Positions 11,099-21,411 of a stretch of 64,000 nucleotides of DNA are shown one piece after another; the first letter of the stretch is position 1; every line of letters begins with the position of its first letter. The DNA is taken from positions 3,296,001-3,360,000 of the forward strand of contig OY764159.1 of the NCBI GenBank assembly GCA_963668175.1. Direction: 5' to 3'. The notes beneath the pieces were generated by a model. It saw nothing but the letters and a program-made list of their open reading frames with translations. It had not been told where the DNA came from and made no database searches. The stretch comes from Syntrophales bacterium (GTDB lineage Bacteria > Desulfobacterota > Syntrophia > Syntrophales > PHBD01). Both the position numbers and the translations under genes were made by a program.

Positions 11099-11962
11099 GT
11101 GAGCATCCAGGCGTTAATCTTGGTTATCTCCGCAGCGTTCATGCACGCCCTCTGGAACTTTATCACCAAAAAAACGAACGGCGGAATGACCTTCATTTGG
11201 CTGGTATCGGTTGCCGGGGCGGTTATCTATCTTCCCTTTGTCGTCGTCCTGCTTGTCCGATACGATACCCCTTCCCCGGCGGCCCTCATTGTTTTCGCGG
11301 CGGGTAGCGCCATCATCCACTTGTTCTACTTCAGCATTCTTCAGCGCGGATACCGGGAAGGAGATCTTTCCGTGGTCTATCCCCTGGCCCGGGGAACGGG
11401 CCCGCTGCTCTCCGCCTCCGGGGCCGTTCTCTTTCTGGGAGAAAGACCGGGATGGACGGCCGCTAGCGGTATCGTCCTCATCATCCTGGGCATACTCACG
11501 ATGACGGGTCTCAGACTCCGCACCGGCGCCGACCGGAGACTGAAGGCGGGTGCGTTCTACGGTATCGCCACCGGGTTTTTCATCGCTTCTTACACCCTGT
11601 GGGACAAAGTGGCCGTAGCGCAATACGGGGCTTCCGCCGTCGTCCTCACCTTCGCCTCCACGGCCCTGCCGGCCTTTGTGTTCCTGCCCAAGGCGATCCG
11701 TTCGCAGCGGGAAGTGCGTCGTCAGATCGAAGCGCACGGGAAAGGGATCCTCATTGTCAGCGCGCTGATGCCCCTCTCCTATATCCTGGTCCTCATCGCC
11801 ATGAAAACGACACCGGTAAGCTACGTGGCGCCCGCACGGGAACTGAGCATCGTGTTCGGCGTCTTCCTCGGCGCCAACCTGCTCCGGGAACCCGATATGC
11901 GGAAGCGCATCCTGGCCGCTCTCGTCATGCTGGCGGGCATATCCCTCCTGGCCGTCGGTTAA
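11099..11962 (+). CDS. DMT/EamA family transporter
   Basis: HALWN, GDLSVVYPLARG, YTLWDK, YVAPARELSI; about 10 TM. Confidence 0.88.
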   Translation: MSIQALILVISAAFMHALWNFITKKTNGGMTFIWLVSVAGAVIYLPFVVVLLVRYDTPSPAALIVFAAGSAIIHLFYFSILQRGYREGDLSVVYPLARGTGPLLSASGAVLFLGERPGWTAASGIVLIILGILTMTGLRLRTGADRRLKAGAFYGIATGFFIASYTLWDKVAVAQYGASAVVLTFASTALPAFVFLPKAIRSQREVRRQIEAHGKGILIVSALMPLSYILVLIAMKTTPVSYVAPARELSIVFGVFLGANLLREPDMRKRILAALVMLAGISLLAVG

Positions 11963-12016
11963 TCGCGCCAAAAAGACGCTGTGAATAGGAACAGAGAGCC
12001 TGTCGCGGAAACATAA

Positions 12017-12057
12017 AGAAACCCCCGGTGCTAGGCGTCGCCGGGGGTCTGTTTTTG
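12017..12057. terminator. Probable bidirectional intrinsic terminator between convergent genes
   Basis: ACCCCCGG 12021-12028 / CCGGGGGT 12041-12048 with A-rich and T-rich flanks. Confidence 0.65.
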
Positions 12058-12096
12058 AATGCGATTCGATAAGGACGGAAGGTCCGTCCGCCGTTT

Positions 12097-12372
12097 TCAG
12101 CCGACCATATTCTTGATCAGGCCGATCACGGGATTCGTGAAGAGGGCCATCAGGGCCGTATAGAGGGCGAAGGCGCCGACGGCCTCTGCCGTATACATCT
12201 TCTCATACTTCTTCTTCAGGGAAACGATCATCATGCCGCCGATGACGAGGCAGCCGAGATGGAAGTAGGGGAAATTCCCGGGTCCGCCCGCCGCGTATTC
12301 CGCATAGCTGAAAGTGGCCGTAAAAAGAACTACTATCGCTGCGACCATCAAGGTTGTTATCTGCTTTTTCAT
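12097..12372 (-). CDS. Small membrane protein, divergent from kup
   Basis: GGGAGG RBS, signal-like N-terminus, two further TM segments. Confidence 0.7.
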   Translation of the reverse strand: MKKQITTLMVAAIVVLFTATFSYAEYAAGGPGNFPYFHLGCLVIGGMMIVSLKKKYEKMYTAEAVGAFALYTALMALFTNPVIGLIKNMVG

Positions 12373-12769
12373 AGTCTGTGTCCTCCCTTTGAGGTTATTT
12401 TTATTGTTTGACTTTATCTATTGGAAAAAGCATGCCAGAGACGGCAGGTTGTACCACAATTCTTTTATCTCATGATTATTGCTCGATATATTCAATAGCC
12501 TTAAGAGCCGGTTGCGATGTATTTTCGGTCCGGAAGCGCATCTTCCTTGAACGAAGCTTTCAAACGGTTGAAAGAAACGTCGGAAAACATGACGCGCTTT
12601 GCCTTGAAAATGGGTCGATCCGGACGCGGAAGACGTCGTTCAGGAGATACTCTCTTGCAGTCAAGGCTTGCCGAAATCGACAAAATATGTAAGATGCACA
12701 GGATCATACGACGAATACGCCCGTCCGCAGGATATACCCTGCGACTTTAATATTTAAAGGAACCATATC

Positions 12770-14587
12770 TTGAAAGTACCGCAAGCGGAGCCTTTTTGGC
12801 CCGGCGTCATCAAATCCATGGGCCTGGTCTTCGGCGACATCGGCACCAGCCCGATCTATACGCTCACCGTCGTGTTTGCCCTGACGAAACCGACTCACGA
12901 CAACGTCCTGGGAATATTGTCGCTGGTCGTCTGGACCATGACGATTCTCGTCACCGTCGAATATGCATGGCTGGCCACCGGTCTGTCCCGGAAGGGGCAG
13001 GGAGGCGAAATCGTCCTCCGGGAGATATTGCTGTCCTATCTGAAATCGGGCCGCACAGTCGCTTTCGCCGGCGTGTTGACGTTTCTCGGCGTATCGCTCC
13101 TTCTGGGCGACGGCGTCATCACCCCGGCCATTTCTATTCTCTCCGCCGTGGAAGGATTGTTAATCATTCCCGGCCTGGAAAATCTGGATCAGAATACCCT
13201 GATCGGCATCGCGTCGGCCATCGCCTTTTTCCTGTTCATCGCCCAGTCGCGGGGATCGGACCGTATCGCCGCGGCCTTCGGGCCGATCATGCTGGTCTGG
13301 TTTCTCACGCTGGGCCTTACCGGCATAGTCTCCCTGCTGACGATGCCGGATATCGTCAAGGCCGTCAATCCCTGGTACGCCTTTCATTTCTTCCAGACCC
13401 ACGGCATTACCGCTTTCTTCGTTCTTTCGGAGGTCATCCTCTGCGCCACGGGCGGCGAGGCCCTCTATGCGGACATGGGGCATCTGGGCAGGAGGCCCAT
13501 CATCAATGCCTGGTATTTCGTTTTCGCGGCCTTGATGATCAACTACATGGGACAGGGCGTCTTCGCCATCAATCACCCGGAAGCGAAGAACTATCTCTTC
13601 GGCATGGTCCGGCATCAGGCCGCCAGCCTTTATATTCCTTTCCTCCTCCTGACGGTCGTCGCCACGATCATCGCCTCCCAGGCCATCATCAGCGGCGTCT
13701 TCTCCATCATTTACCAGGGGATCACAACCCGGCTCATGCCCCTGATGAAAATCGATTTTACATCCCGCCGGCTGCACTCGCAAATCTACATAAGCGCCGT
13801 CAACTGGACGATGATGGTCAGCGTCGTCTTCGTCATATCCCTCTTCCAGAAATCGTCGAACCTCGCCGCGGCCTACGGCCTGGCGGTAACCGGTTCCATG
13901 ACCATCACCAGCCTCATGATGATCATGGTCTTTGCCCATACGACCAAATGGAAGGTCCCGATAGCCGTTACGGTCTGCCTCATCGATTTCATCTATCTGT
14001 CCTCGACCTTCACGAAACTCCCCCACGGCGCCTACTGGTCGCTCATCATCGCTTTCGTTCCCTTTCTCATCATGGTGATCTTCACCAGGGGACAGAAGAT
14101 GCTCTTCAGGAGGCTGCGTCCTCTCGATTTGCCGACGTTCCTGATCAGTTACGAACAGGTGTACGGCAAAGGCAAGAACATTACCGGCACGGCGCTTTTC
14201 TTTACGCGCCAGGGGACGGTTGTTCCCCCCTACATCGTCCATTGCATGCTGGGCAGCAGTATCATCTATGAGAACAATATCTTCGTTTCCATCGACCGGA
14301 CCGAGGAGCCCTTCGGAGAAGAGGCCCGATATCAGCCCAATTTCGCCACCGGCCTTCACCTCCTCGAAATCAAGGCGGGTTATATGACGGTCATCAACAT
14401 CGAACGGCTGCTTAAGGACAACGGTATCCGGGAAAAGATCATCTTCTACGGCGTGGAGGACATCTCCACGAGAAACCCCGTCTGGAAAGCGTTCAGCGTT
14501 ATCAAGAAATTATCCCCGAACTTCGTCCAGTTCCATAAACTCCCCGCCAGCAAATTGCACGGCGTCGTCACCCGCGTCGAGATGTAG
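12770..14587 (+). CDS. kup: KUP/HAK/KT potassium transporter
   Basis: GLVFGDIGTSPIY, GDGVITPAISILSAVEG, GGEALYADMGH, AAAYGLAV; TTG start. Confidence 0.93.
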   Translation: MKVPQAEPFWPGVIKSMGLVFGDIGTSPIYTLTVVFALTKPTHDNVLGILSLVVWTMTILVTVEYAWLATGLSRKGQGGEIVLREILLSYLKSGRTVAFAGVLTFLGVSLLLGDGVITPAISILSAVEGLLIIPGLENLDQNTLIGIASAIAFFLFIAQSRGSDRIAAAFGPIMLVWFLTLGLTGIVSLLTMPDIVKAVNPWYAFHFFQTHGITAFFVLSEVILCATGGEALYADMGHLGRRPIINAWYFVFAALMINYMGQGVFAINHPEAKNYLFGMVRHQAASLYIPFLLLTVVATIIASQAIISGVFSIIYQGITTRLMPLMKIDFTSRRLHSQIYISAVNWTMMVSVVFVISLFQKSSNLAAAYGLAVTGSMTITSLMMIMVFAHTTKWKVPIAVTVCLIDFIYLSSTFTKLPHGAYWSLIIAFVPFLIMVIFTRGQKMLFRRLRPLDLPTFLISYEQVYGKGKNITGTALFFTRQGTVVPPYIVHCMLGSSIIYENNIFVSIDRTEEPFGEEARYQPNFATGLHLLEIKAGYMTVINIERLLKDNGIREKIIFYGVEDISTRNPVWKAFSVIKKLSPNFVQFHKLPASKLHGVVTRVEM

Positions 14588-14617
14588 GACACAAATAAGA
14601 CCTGCCGGCTTGCCAGG

Positions 14618-16111
14618 TCAGGGCGTCGCCGGCGAGTACTTTTCCCTCATACCGGCGCCGCCGGAATTACCGGCCTTTTCCGGTTTGACGTTCGGCCGAC
14701 CGCGGATCACGGTTATCAGACGATCCACGATTTCGTTCATTTTGATCGCCTGTCCGGCCATCAAATCGGAAGCCGCTTCCGATTCCTGGGCCTGCCCGGC
14801 GTTCACCTGCACGACCCTATTGATCTCGACGACCGCCTTACCGATTTGTTCGACCCCCTGTGCCTGCTCACGGGAGGCCGCGGTGATCCCTTCGATGATG
14901 TCCACGACGCGCGCCGTTTTCTCGGCGACTTCCGCGAAAGATTCATGCGTCCGTTCCGTCAACTCCGTACTCTTCCGGATTTTGCGGACCGTATCCGACA
15001 GGAGCTTTTCGCTGTCGCGGGCGGCCTCCGTCGTCCGGGCAGCCAGTTGCTTCACTTCGCCTGCGACCACCGCAAATCCGACGCCGGCCTCCCCCGCCCG
15101 CGCCGCTTCCACGGCGGCGTTCAGGGCCAGAAGATTGGTCTGAAACGCGATCTGATCGATACTTTTCATGAATTTCTGCGTTTTCTCGCTCTCTACGGAG
15201 ATGTCCCGCATGGAGAGGGTGAGGTCCGATATCGCCCGGTCCGCTTCCTTTACGTTGTCCAGGGATTTCATGACGATGGCCCGCGCCTGTTCCGCATGTC
15301 CGGAATTTTCAACCGTCATCGACTGCAATTCCTCGAGGGACGCCGATGTTTCTTCGACGGCCGCAGCTTGCCTGCGGGCCCCTTCCGAAAGGGCCTGGCC
15401 GGCGTCCAGTACCTGTCCCGATATGGACGACACACCCTCGGCCTCGGCCGACAACTCGGCGATGATACGGTCGATCGGTCTCGTGACGCTCCGTGTCAGC
15501 AACACGGCGAGTACTACACCGAACAGGAAGATGCCGGCACCGATCAGCGATATAAGTGTAAGACCGGATTGATAGGCGCGGTCCGCTTCCCGGCCCGATG
15601 CCGCCATCGCTTCCTCCTGAAAACGGATGATGGCTTCGGCCAGCGCATTGATCTTCACCTGTACCGGCTCCATTTCCTGACTGATGAATCTTCCCGTCTT
15701 CTCGCCTTTACCCTCTGCCGTCATATCGTAGGCCATTTCGTTCAGCGTCTTAAGTTCGCCTGCCATCATGTGCAGGTTATTGAGAAGCTCGCGTCCCTTT
15801 CCCGCCCCGACGACCTTCAACAATTCCGCCATGCTTTTCTCGTAATCGGCATAGGCCCCGTCCACCTTCTTCTTTTCATTCTCGATGAAAGCGATATCCC
15901 GGCTCAGGGCCATGTTTCGTGTGGCAAGGGCGCAGGCATCGATCCGTTTGACCGCCGTGTTCACGAGAAAGACAATCCGGTGCTGACGATGAACGACGTT
16001 CTCGAGATGTTCGTTCAGCATCCGGAATTGGCCTATTCCCGCCAGGGCCATGCCTGCCGACAGAGCAATGATGACGCCGAGGCCCAGCGCCAGCCTTGTT
16101 CCCAGCTTCAT
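14618..16111 (-). CDS. Methyl-accepting chemotaxis protein with four-helix-bundle sensor
   Basis: Two TMs; IAFQTNLLALNAAVEAARAGEAG signalling tip; likely start MKLGTRL at 16111. Confidence 0.92.
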   Translation of the reverse strand: MKLGTRLALGLGVIIALSAGMALAGIGQFRMLNEHLENVVHRQHRIVFLVNTAVKRIDACALATRNMALSRDIAFIENEKKKVDGAYADYEKSMAELLKVVGAGKGRELLNNLHMMAGELKTLNEMAYDMTAEGKGEKTGRFISQEMEPVQVKINALAEAIIRFQEEAMAASGREADRAYQSGLTLISLIGAGIFLFGVVLAVLLTRSVTRPIDRIIAELSAEAEGVSSISGQVLDAGQALSEGARRQAAAVEETSASLEELQSMTVENSGHAEQARAIVMKSLDNVKEADRAISDLTLSMRDISVESEKTQKFMKSIDQIAFQTNLLALNAAVEAARAGEAGVGFAVVAGEVKQLAARTTEAARDSEKLLSDTVRKIRKSTELTERTHESFAEVAEKTARVVDIIEGITAASREQAQGVEQIGKAVVEINRVVQVNAGQAQESEAASDLMAGQAIKMNEIVDRLITVIRGRPNVKPEKAGNSGGAGMREKYSPATP

Positions 16112-16406
16112 CTCTTTTCCGATTATTCTTAACCGTTGGTTCATGAGGCAAGAAACCCTCCTATTCCCGATATGCATCCGATACGCGGTGAATAACCGTT
16201 TATATAAAGCAGAAGTGTTACAGCCCCGTGATTGTTCGATGAAAGTTTTATGAAGAATGGCGCAAGCGGGAGACGTCTTCGTTTACCTGGACCATGCGCG
16301 GCATCATCGATCCAATTGCAGAGAATTTCACGAACTATTCATGATTCCGTCATCAACACGTCAAAATTCATCGCTATGATATCCAAAAATGAAAGGAGGC
16401 TGTACG

Positions 16407-16694
16407 ATGGATACGAAGCAAACAGGCATCAAGATGTTCGATCTCAACAGGAAGTTTTTCGACAACGCCTTCATGGCCGCAGGCAACATTCAAGACCAGT
16501 TCGAAAAGATGATGGTATCCTGCATGACCCTGTCGCCGTGGTTCCCCGAAGAGACCCGTACCTGGATCACGGAACGGTTCGACACCTGCAAAAACTGGCG
16601 CAATCAAGTCAAAGCCGCCGTAGACGGGCATTTCCAGAACATGAAAAACGATTTGTACGGCAGCGGCGGCGCCATTGCAGACACGGCCCGATGA
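16407..16694 (+). CDS. Small helical, phasin-like hypothetical protein
   Basis: AAAGGAGG before ATG 16407; FDNAF..QDQFEKM..PWFPEE pattern recalled from deltaproteobacterial phasin-like proteins. Confidence 0.55.
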   Translation: MDTKQTGIKMFDLNRKFFDNAFMAAGNIQDQFEKMMVSCMTLSPWFPEETRTWITERFDTCKNWRNQVKAAVDGHFQNMKNDLYGSGGAIADTAR

Positions 16695-16839
16695 ACAAGA
16701 TCGTCCCGTCCCGATGACGGGACGCCGTTCACCCGCCAATGCACATGCTTTCTCCAGCGCACGCACGTCGATATTCGCTCCGATGCAAATAGCATAACCC
16801 TCCTCGCGTCGATAAGCCTGCAGTAGTAAGAATATTACA

Positions 16840-16868
16840 TTGACACCCTCGGATATACTCCTTACAAT
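16840..16868 (+). promoter_or_regulatory. sigma70 promoter of the hybrid kinase
   Basis: TTGACA-N17-TACAAT. Confidence 0.7.
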
Positions 16869-16934
16869 GTGCGTCTGTGGAGCACATGCCCCTTCATCGC
16901 GTGAACCGGTCGAACCAACTCGGGAATACGTCGG

Positions 16935-19844
16935 ATGTCGCTGCAGAGCTTATTGACAAGATTGATCCTGGTATGCGTGGTACCGCTGATCCTGCTTGCG
17001 GCCTCTCTTGCCGTTATCAGCATTACGACCGAGCATGCCGAGCGCAAAAGCCATGCTGAGGCCCTCGCCAAGAACGTCGCCGATACGATCGACCAGCATC
17101 TGAAAGCGCGTATAGGCGCCCTGGAGATTCTGGCCGCCTCGCCGCTTCTGGACCATGTCTCTCTCCGCAAGGATTTCTACCGGGAAGCACAGGGTTTTTA
17201 CCGGAGTTTCGGCAGCCATGTCGTTCTCGGCGACGCGAAGGGGCACATGCTTCTCAACACACGCGTGCCATTCGGCACGAAACTGCCCATGCTGCCGCGC
17301 CCGAAGGGACAAGCAGCCGCACCGGCCGCCGTGGCAACGGGCAAGACGTTTGTCGGCGACATTTTCTACGGACCCGTCGCCCATGAACCGCTCGTCGCCA
17401 TCGCTTCACCGGTCATGCACAACGATGAAGCCGTCTATGTCCTCATCACTGTTTTCGAAACCCGCCGCTTCCGGGAACGTCTCGACCAAACCGCATTGCC
17501 TGCCGGCTGGTCGCTCGCCCTCCTCGACAGCCACAACGGGGTCATCTCCCGCCGCTCACCGCCCGGCCTGAACCCGGAGGAAGATGTCGATCCATCCGGA
17601 AGGTTTATAGCCCGGTCGTCCGTATCCCCATGGTCGGTCGTCGTCGAGATACCGCGGGCCGTCTACCTGCGGCCCATCATCGAAGCTGCTATAATCCTGG
17701 CCTTCGCCATCCTTGTCATAACCCTGGTCAGCATCCTGGGCGGCATGTTCGTCGCCCGGCGTATTGGCCGCGCCGTAGCGCACCTCGCCGAGGAACCGGC
17801 TTCGGGATCGCCGCTGCCGGATATCGCCGAGATCGCCGACGTACGCCGCCGCCTCGATGCCCTGGCGGAAGAGAGAACCGCCGCCGAAGTTGCAAGAAAG
17901 GAGAGCGAAGAACGCTACCGACTCATAGCGGAAAACACGTCGGACGTTATCTGGCTCATGGACATATCTACGGGCCGTTTCACCTACGTCAGTCCGTCCG
18001 TTGAACGTATTCGGGGCTACAAACCCGACGAGATCGTCGGACAAACGTTGGAACATGTACTGCCCCCCGAAACTTATGCCTGGGTCTCCAAGGCCCTTTG
18101 CGAGCGGATTGCCCGTTTCGAGGCCGGCGACGAGTCCCTTCGCACCGATGTAGCGGAAATCCCGCAACTGAGAAAGGACGGTTCCTTAATCGCCATGGAA
18201 GTAGCAACGACGTTCATCACCGGCGATAACGGACGAGTGATCATGATGCTCGGCGTGAACCGTGACATCACCGAGCGTAAGGAGGCGGAAGACAGGCTGC
18301 GGGAAAGCGAAGAGAAACACCGCATCGTCGCCGACTTTACGTCGGACTGGGAATACTGGCTGGACAGCGGCGGTCGATTCCGCTACATCTCCCCGGCGGT
18401 GGAGAGCGTCACGGGTTACACCGTGGCCGAGTTTCAGGAGGACCCGGATCTCATCTTCAAAATCCTCCATCCGGACAATCGCGACATTATGAACGATCAC
18501 CTCCAAGCAACCCATAACGATCAGCCCGACCCAGTCTCGCTTGAATTCCGGATCACGACCAAATCGGGCGAGGAGCGCTGGATCAGCCATACCTGCGTAC
18601 CTGTCTATCTCGACGACGGAACCTACGCAGGAAGGCGGTCAGGCAATCGGGACATTACGGAAAGCAAGCGCGCGGAAAAGGAGAAAGCGAAACTCCGGGA
18701 GCAGCTCATCCAGGCCCAGAAGATGGAATCGGTGGGCCGTCTCGCGGGCGGCGTGGCCCACGATTTCAACAACAAGCTGAGCGTGATCATCGGCTTTACG
18801 GACATCATCCTGGATGAAGCAAATCCGGACGAATCCTATTATCCCTATATCAAGGAAATCAGGAGTGCCGCGGAACGCTCCGCCGATCTCACGCGCCAGC
18901 TCCTGGCTTTTGCCCGCAAACAGACGGTGGTCCCCAGAATTCTCGATCTGAACGAAATTGTGGAGGGGCTGCTCAAAATGCTTCACCGCCTGATCGGAGA
19001 GGATATCAGTCTGATCTGGCTGCCGGGCCGCAATCTTAAACCTGTCTTGATCGACCCGTCACAGGTCGACCAGATTCTGGCGAACTTGTGCGTAAATGCC
19101 CGCGATGCCATCGCCGGCGTCGGAAAAATCACGATCGAAACGGGCAACGTCCACTTCGACGAGGCCTATTGCGCCGACCATGCAGGCTTCCTTCCCGGGG
19201 ATTACATCCGGCTTGCCGTCTCCGACGACGGCTCCGGCATGGACAAGGAAACCCTCGGCAAACTCTTCGAGCCGTTCTTCACGACGAAGGAGATCGGAAA
19301 GGGCACGGGCCTGGGCCTGGCCACGATTTACGGCATCGTCGGACAGAACAAAGGCTTCATCAATGTCTACAGCGAACCGGGCCAGGGCACAACCTTCCGC
19401 ATCTATCTGCCTCAGTATGGAACGGAGGCCGAATCGGTCAGCATAGCGGAACCGCTTGCAGGAATCCTGAGCGGCGACGAAACGATCCTGGTCGTCGAGG
19501 ACGCCATGGAAATCCTGAACATGGTTAAAATCATGCTGGAAGGACAGGGTTATCATGTTCTCGCCACGAACAGCCCGGAAGCGGCTATCCGGATGGTCGC
19601 CGAATTCGACGGCAAGGTCCATCTCCTGATCACCGACGTGGTTATGCCCGTCATGAACGGAAAGGATCTGGCCCGGAGACTTCTCGCCTTACAGCCGGGG
19701 CTCAAACACCTCTTCATCTCCGGCTACACGGCCAATGTCATCGCCCATCGCGGCATCCTGGACGAAGGCGTTCATTTTCTTCAGAAGCCGTTTTCCAGGA
19801 AGGAACTGGCTGTCAAGGTCCGGGAGGTCCTGGACCTTGAATGA
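16935..19844 (+). CDS. Hybrid sensor histidine kinase (Cache, 2 PAS, HisKA, HATPase, REC)
   Basis: GGVAHDFNN H-box, VNARDA, FEPFFTTK, GTGLGL, receiver LLITDVVMP. Confidence 0.93.
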   Translation: MSLQSLLTRLILVCVVPLILLAASLAVISITTEHAERKSHAEALAKNVADTIDQHLKARIGALEILAASPLLDHVSLRKDFYREAQGFYRSFGSHVVLGDAKGHMLLNTRVPFGTKLPMLPRPKGQAAAPAAVATGKTFVGDIFYGPVAHEPLVAIASPVMHNDEAVYVLITVFETRRFRERLDQTALPAGWSLALLDSHNGVISRRSPPGLNPEEDVDPSGRFIARSSVSPWSVVVEIPRAVYLRPIIEAAIILAFAILVITLVSILGGMFVARRIGRAVAHLAEEPASGSPLPDIAEIADVRRRLDALAEERTAAEVARKESEERYRLIAENTSDVIWLMDISTGRFTYVSPSVERIRGYKPDEIVGQTLEHVLPPETYAWVSKALCERIARFEAGDESLRTDVAEIPQLRKDGSLIAMEVATTFITGDNGRVIMMLGVNRDITERKEAEDRLRESEEKHRIVADFTSDWEYWLDSGGRFRYISPAVESVTGYTVAEFQEDPDLIFKILHPDNRDIMNDHLQATHNDQPDPVSLEFRITTKSGEERWISHTCVPVYLDDGTYAGRRSGNRDITESKRAEKEKAKLREQLIQAQKMESVGRLAGGVAHDFNNKLSVIIGFTDIILDEANPDESYYPYIKEIRSAAERSADLTRQLLAFARKQTVVPRILDLNEIVEGLLKMLHRLIGEDISLIWLPGRNLKPVLIDPSQVDQILANLCVNARDAIAGVGKITIETGNVHFDEAYCADHAGFLPGDYIRLAVSDDGSGMDKETLGKLFEPFFTTKEIGKGTGLGLATIYGIVGQNKGFINVYSEPGQGTTFRIYLPQYGTEAESVSIAEPLAGILSGDETILVVEDAMEILNMVKIMLEGQGYHVLATNSPEAAIRMVAEFDGKVHLLITDVVMPVMNGKDLARRLLALQPGLKHLFISGYTANVIAHRGILDEGVHFLQKPFSRKELAVKVREVLDLE

Positions 19845-19940
19845 ATGGCTCGTCTGATCGGCCGGGGCGAGCTTTCCGGCAATCCCAGGAAAGAGCGTCG
19901 GAGGTCGCGCCCCATCAGGGCGACCTTCGACGTGTTCCCG

Positions 19941-19969
19941 TTGACATCCGAATACGATTCTCCTATACT
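19941..19969 (+). promoter_or_regulatory. sigma70 promoter of the PAS-LuxR gene
   Basis: TTGACA-N17-TATACT; favours the 20028 start over 19845. Confidence 0.65.
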
Positions 19970-20027
19970 TATGTGTTCAGGGAATATAGTCCTCATCGCT
20001 TACACGAATCCTGCGCGCAGGCAGAAT

Positions 20028-21308
20028 ATGGAGATAACTGGTCTGATTAACGGGTTGCGGGAAGCCGAAAGCGGCATTCTCCAAACATGGTTGCGTCAAA
20101 TACGCCTAGCAGGGTACGAACAGCGCCATGCCGCCAACCGCGACGACTTTCGCAAAGCCTTCGGCGGCATTATGTCCGCCCTCTCTGCCGCCGGAACGCA
20201 GCGCGGGCCTTTTACGATCCAAGCGACGAGCGAAGCGCCAGACTCCGACTACAATCCGGTCGCAGAAACTTTTCTCAGACGGAACCCCGAGCCTGACCTC
20301 GAAATATTTCTGGGACATTTCAAGACATTGATCCTGTGTATCGAAGATGCGATTGATGGTCTTGCCGTCGGTCCGGAGGAGAAAACCGCGGCGATTCTCG
20401 CTCTGCGGCGGATAGCGGACCGCAACGAAATGTCCGTCGTAACAAGCTGGAAGAAAGCTGCAACGGCTGCGACTACCGTGAAGACCGAACCGCCGGCGCA
20501 GACGACATCGGAAAAGATTCTCGGCGCGATCTTCATGTCCGTGGGCGAAGGCATCCTCCTCATCGATGAAGATTTTGAAATCATCACGGCAAATCAGCGT
20601 TCCTGTGAGATCTACGGCCTCCCGCAGCAGAATATCATCGGCACGGATATCCGTTCCCTCACGGAAAGAACGGGCGCCGGCGTGCTCATGCGCTTCTTTG
20701 CCGAACTGATCGAAGGGCAGCGGAAGAGCGCCGAAATCACCTGCCTGTACGTGGACGGCAAGACCTTCCCGGCGACTGTCACGGTGACCCGGAGCGATTT
20801 CGACGGCAAGAGATACTGGCCCATGATTGTAAGGGACGACACGGGCCGGAAGACCATGGAGGTTCAGCTTCGACAGGAAAAGCAACATGCGGAGGAAATG
20901 AATCTCGCATTAAAGACCGTCATGAAGAGCATCGAGCAGGATCGGAAGGATTATGAAAACCGGGTGGCTGGAAAAATCAGGACTCACCTCATTCCCAGCC
21001 TGAAACGAATAGACCAGGCAACGGAAGCGAATATCAGAAAGAGTTACCTGGCCCTGCTGGAGGGGCAGCTTGTCTCTCTGACGAAGGGTTTCGAACGGGA
21101 GTTGGATGTGGGACTTCTCAAGCTTACCAAAACCGAGATCGAGGTATGCCGCCTCATCCAGGTCGGCTGTTCAAGCAAGGATATCTGCGAGGCCATGAAA
21201 CTCTCTTTCGATACGGTCCAGACGCATCGCAGGAACATCAGGCGGAAACTTGATTTAAACGGCAGGAAATTGAATTTGCATACGTTTCTGATCAATCGTA
21301 CCCTGTGA
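20028..21308 (+). CDS. PAS plus LuxR-type HTH transcriptional regulator
   Basis: PAS (EGILLIDE..ANQ..DGKTFP); LTKTEIEV..SSKDI..TVQTHRRNIRRKL. Confidence 0.88.
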   Translation: MEITGLINGLREAESGILQTWLRQIRLAGYEQRHAANRDDFRKAFGGIMSALSAAGTQRGPFTIQATSEAPDSDYNPVAETFLRRNPEPDLEIFLGHFKTLILCIEDAIDGLAVGPEEKTAAILALRRIADRNEMSVVTSWKKAATAATTVKTEPPAQTTSEKILGAIFMSVGEGILLIDEDFEIITANQRSCEIYGLPQQNIIGTDIRSLTERTGAGVLMRFFAELIEGQRKSAEITCLYVDGKTFPATVTVTRSDFDGKRYWPMIVRDDTGRKTMEVQLRQEKQHAEEMNLALKTVMKSIEQDRKDYENRVAGKIRTHLIPSLKRIDQATEANIRKSYLALLEGQLVSLTKGFERELDVGLLKLTKTEIEVCRLIQVGCSSKDICEAMKLSFDTVQTHRRNIRRKLDLNGRKLNLHTFLINRTL

Positions 21309-21411
21309 CATCCTGCCGCTTTGCAATACAGCGGCGGGGTGCCGGAGCCGCGTGACCGCGGCTTCACGAAAAAGGTGCAAAAAATACGGCATAGAAAGAA
21401 TTGGCGGGATC

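Noticed and set aside
12421..12438. Minus-strand sigma54-like site TGGCATGCTTTTTCCA
   Set aside because: The -12 element reads CC rather than GC
12373..12769. c-di-AMP (ydaO) riboswitch before kup
   Set aside because: Conserved ydaO motifs not found
14618..16111. MCP apparently lacking a full HAMP domain
   Set aside because: Such short architectures are common in this group, as I recall; not unusual
19845..20027. Longer N-terminus for the PAS-LuxR protein
   Set aside because: A consensus promoter at 19941-19969 lies inside it, favouring ATG 20028
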